NCBI RefSeq assembly: GCF_006345805.1
Contig: NC_042999.1
Span: forward strand, 166,222,001 to 166,286,000
Source of the DNA: Octopus sinensis
Lineage: Eukaryota
Length of the DNA: 64,000 nt
Direction of reading: 5' to 3'
Translations under genes and position numbers: made by a program
Notes under the pieces: generated by a model
Seen by the model: only the letters and a program-made list of their open reading frames with translations
Told to the model about the DNA's origin: nothing
Database searches by the model: none
Shown: positions 61,382-64,000 of the stretch, one piece after another
Layout of the letters: each line of letters starts with the position of its first letter
Numbering within the stretch: position 1 is the stretch's first letter

Positions 61382-61424
61382 ACACACACACACACACACA
61401 AATGTAATGAAAACAAATATCTAT

Positions 61425-61670
61425 AACTTTTTACTTGTTTCAGTCACTGGATTGCAGCCATACCGGGGCCCTACTATGATGGGTTGAGCTGAATAAATCG
61501 ACCCCAGTATTTATTGTAGCGGCATCTTTTTTTGGGGGGAGGGGGCGTAAAAAAGAACAACTTTTATGGGGACATAAACAAACCAACACTGGTTGTCAAG
61601 CGCTGGTGTGGGACAAATACAAACACAAAGCAAACACACTCACAGACACACGCATATATACGTCAGTTCT
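61425..61670 (-). mobile_element. SINE family A, very diverged 3' part
   Basis: TTTTACTTGTTTCAGTCA..GGGGACATAAACAAACCAACACTGGTTGTCAAGC. Confidence 0.65.
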
Positions 61671-61974
61671 TTCTCCCGATGAAGGAAGCCGGTCTCATGA
61701 TAATATCTCTGTGCGACTATTTATTGGTCGAATACCTATGATTTTTTGCACATTCCTGAATTATGAACATTATGAACATTATCATGAGCATTACGATTAT
61801 TCCGTAACCCTGAGCTTCCAGAAACAGCTGTCAAGTTAAAAAAATTCTGCATTTTCACCTTAATGTTCAGTATTTTTTATACTGTAGGTAAATCTATTTG
61901 TCTATACATATACAAATATTTATATGGCTGTACATAATATATTTATCTTCTGAATACATTTAGTCATATGTCTT

Positions 61975-62060
<86 letters not shown>

Positions 62061-62215
62061 ATTTATATGCGCATATGTATATATGTTTACTTATATATAT
62101 CAAGCTTAACCGTGTTTATCTGCATCACTATCTCCATATCTCCATATATACGTATATGAGTGTGTGTGTGCATTGTTATATGTATGTATTATATGTTTGC
62201 ATGTGCATGTGTATA

Positions 62216-62317
<102 letters not shown>

Positions 62318-62330
62318 TATACATATATAT

Positions 62331-62519
62331 AACGGGAAGGTTTACGAAAATAAACAAAAGACGAAGGCAGGTGGAGTACAAACAAACAAATGTATTAGTA
62401 TGGCGCTCAGGAATAGAAATAGAACAAGTCTTTTACGTTTCGAGCCTACGCTCTTCGACAGAAAGATACACAGAAAAAAAACAAGGAGAGAAAAAAAATG
62501 CGTGTTGGAGCTAACGAAT
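62331..62519 (-). mobile_element. P3 unit between TA repeats, copy 2
   Basis: Reverse-complement homolog of 41586-41793. Confidence 0.7.
62429..62466 (-). ncRNA. Minimal type I hammerhead-like motif (P3)
   Basis: UCUUU-CUGUCGA-A-GAGC GUAG GCUC-GAAA-CG-UA-AAAGA: 5-bp stem I, 4-bp stem II, palindromic ACGU at stem III; U at core position 6. Confidence 0.5.
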
Positions 62520-62528
62520 ATATATATA

Positions 62529-62650
62529 CAGAGGTGGGCACCGTTAATCGAAAAGTTAACTTCGTTAATCTTTAATCCGTTAATTCTTTGAAGACGTAAC
62601 GGAAGTCAACGTTAATCCGTTAACGTTAACTTTTATTGAAGAGTTGCTTA
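62529..62650 (+). mobile_element. Probable hAT-type transposon left end
   Basis: CAGAGGTGGGCA start followed by clustered GTTAA subterminal motifs; no matching right end in the window. Confidence 0.45.
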
Positions 62651-64000
62651 ACTACAGTTTAATACCCCCACCGATTCTGTTGCCTCATAAATTCTAGAAT
62701 AATGGATACTTTTTAATGACGCTTTCACCAAATAATCTCTTATATCCTGTAGATTGAGTGTATATAAAGATTTGCTCGAAAAAATTTTTGAAGGGGTTGG
62801 GGAAAGGAGTTTCGGAAAATTCACAGGACCCGACATTCCCCTCCCCCATAACTTTCTGGAAAATAAGTATTTTTTAATGAAATTTTATACAAATACCTTT
62901 CAAACGGTGCAGATTACGATTACAAATAAATTTATGGGTAAAAGTTTTGGAAGAGGGCGTGGGGAGGGGTTCTGAGAAAACGGAGTTTCGGATCAGACGG
63001 CCCACATAAGTTGGAATTTCTCCGCTTTGAGAGGTTTTTTTCCAGTGTTTTTCACAAAAGTCTTCAGAAAGATGGGAGGCATGTTTTCACGGAAAAAACA
63101 GAAAAAAATTTTGAAAATTTTCTTTTTCACTTCCGTCACCCCTCACCACCCCAGTCCGAAACGATTTTTGCCATTTTTTCTATTCGCTACGCTCTTAAAA
63201 TACGTGAGAGAAATATTTTCGGTTTAAAAAATATTGTTAATAATTTCAGAGGAAAATGTGTGATTTAAAGGAGATCTGGCTGTTGTTTCTAGCACATCCC
63301 AAAATGTCCCTCCTCATTTCTTTCTCACTCACACATCTATTGATATTTTTCATAATTTTTTCTCCATAAACAAATCTTATGGAATGACTAGCAAACGCAC
63401 CCGTCCTTTGGACGGTTTAACTTGCTTTGGTGGTATTTTTTTCACCAAATAATCGAACTACCGAGAAGGTTTATGGGTAGCACGCAATCTATGTTCCCGA
63501 TTAATTTAGGAGCAGAAAACTAAATTGAAGGCTTATTATTGTAGAGGTCGTTGCACTTTGATTATCATAGAACATATAAGTCTGCAAGCGATGCAAAGTC
63601 GAGCTACTAAAGTGTTTTGGGAGTAGATTACGGATAATGGCTATAAAATATAGTTGTTTTACACGAAAGCGAAATTTCTTGTCAGAATCAGCCACATAAA
63701 TGGTGTAAGGAAATTAAAGGAAGACGGCGAAAGTTCCCCTCTGCGAGTTTATTTTATTCAACAGAGAAGGGAGCTTTTTTTTTTTTTTTTTTGGAGAAAA
63801 GTATGATAGGTACGTTCAAAAATAGCAATATTTGAAAAAGTAGAGTTAAAGGAATATATTTGCTACATGTTTACAGTGTACGACCAATCTGAAATTGACT
63901 TCAGGTAACGAAAAAGGAATCTTTAGCAGTTCGCAGTGAAAAGATGTCGCGTTGAAATCAGACATAGTTGTGAAGTTGTAATGACGGTAAAAGTGAACAA

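Overview
Repeat-saturated, AT-rich metazoan genomic DNA. The SINE families and the dense (TA)n/(TATG)n/(CA)n arrays suggest an octopus or other cephalopod; this is inferred from memory of these repeats, not from a search. No intact host protein-coding gene is recognisable, and the long ORFs at 35.2-37.3 kb and 53.5-54.2 kb are microsatellite artefacts. Decayed retroelements include RTE, R4/Dong-like (RLE) and Tx1/L1 LINEs, at least four tRNA-derived SINE families, and Penelope-like elements (PLEs). DNA elements include several non-autonomous Helitrons with TC/CTAG ends, a TSD-bounded Buster-type hAT holding a multi-level nest, mariner and maT (DD37D) relics, and an 18 x 88-bp higher-order minisatellite. 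The main hidden signal is a set of type I hammerhead-ribozyme folds from at least three distinct sequence families (31408-31482/31511-31585; 42785-42895; 41658-41694 and 62429-62466). All sit in (TA)n-associated units, one beside a recognisable PLE GIY-YIG remnant, and two of the three families are part of inverted duplications. A second signal is an R4/Dong-like LINE found twice with (CATA)n arrays at both junctions, suggesting an undescribed microsatellite target. All structures were assigned by eye; nothing was computed or searched.
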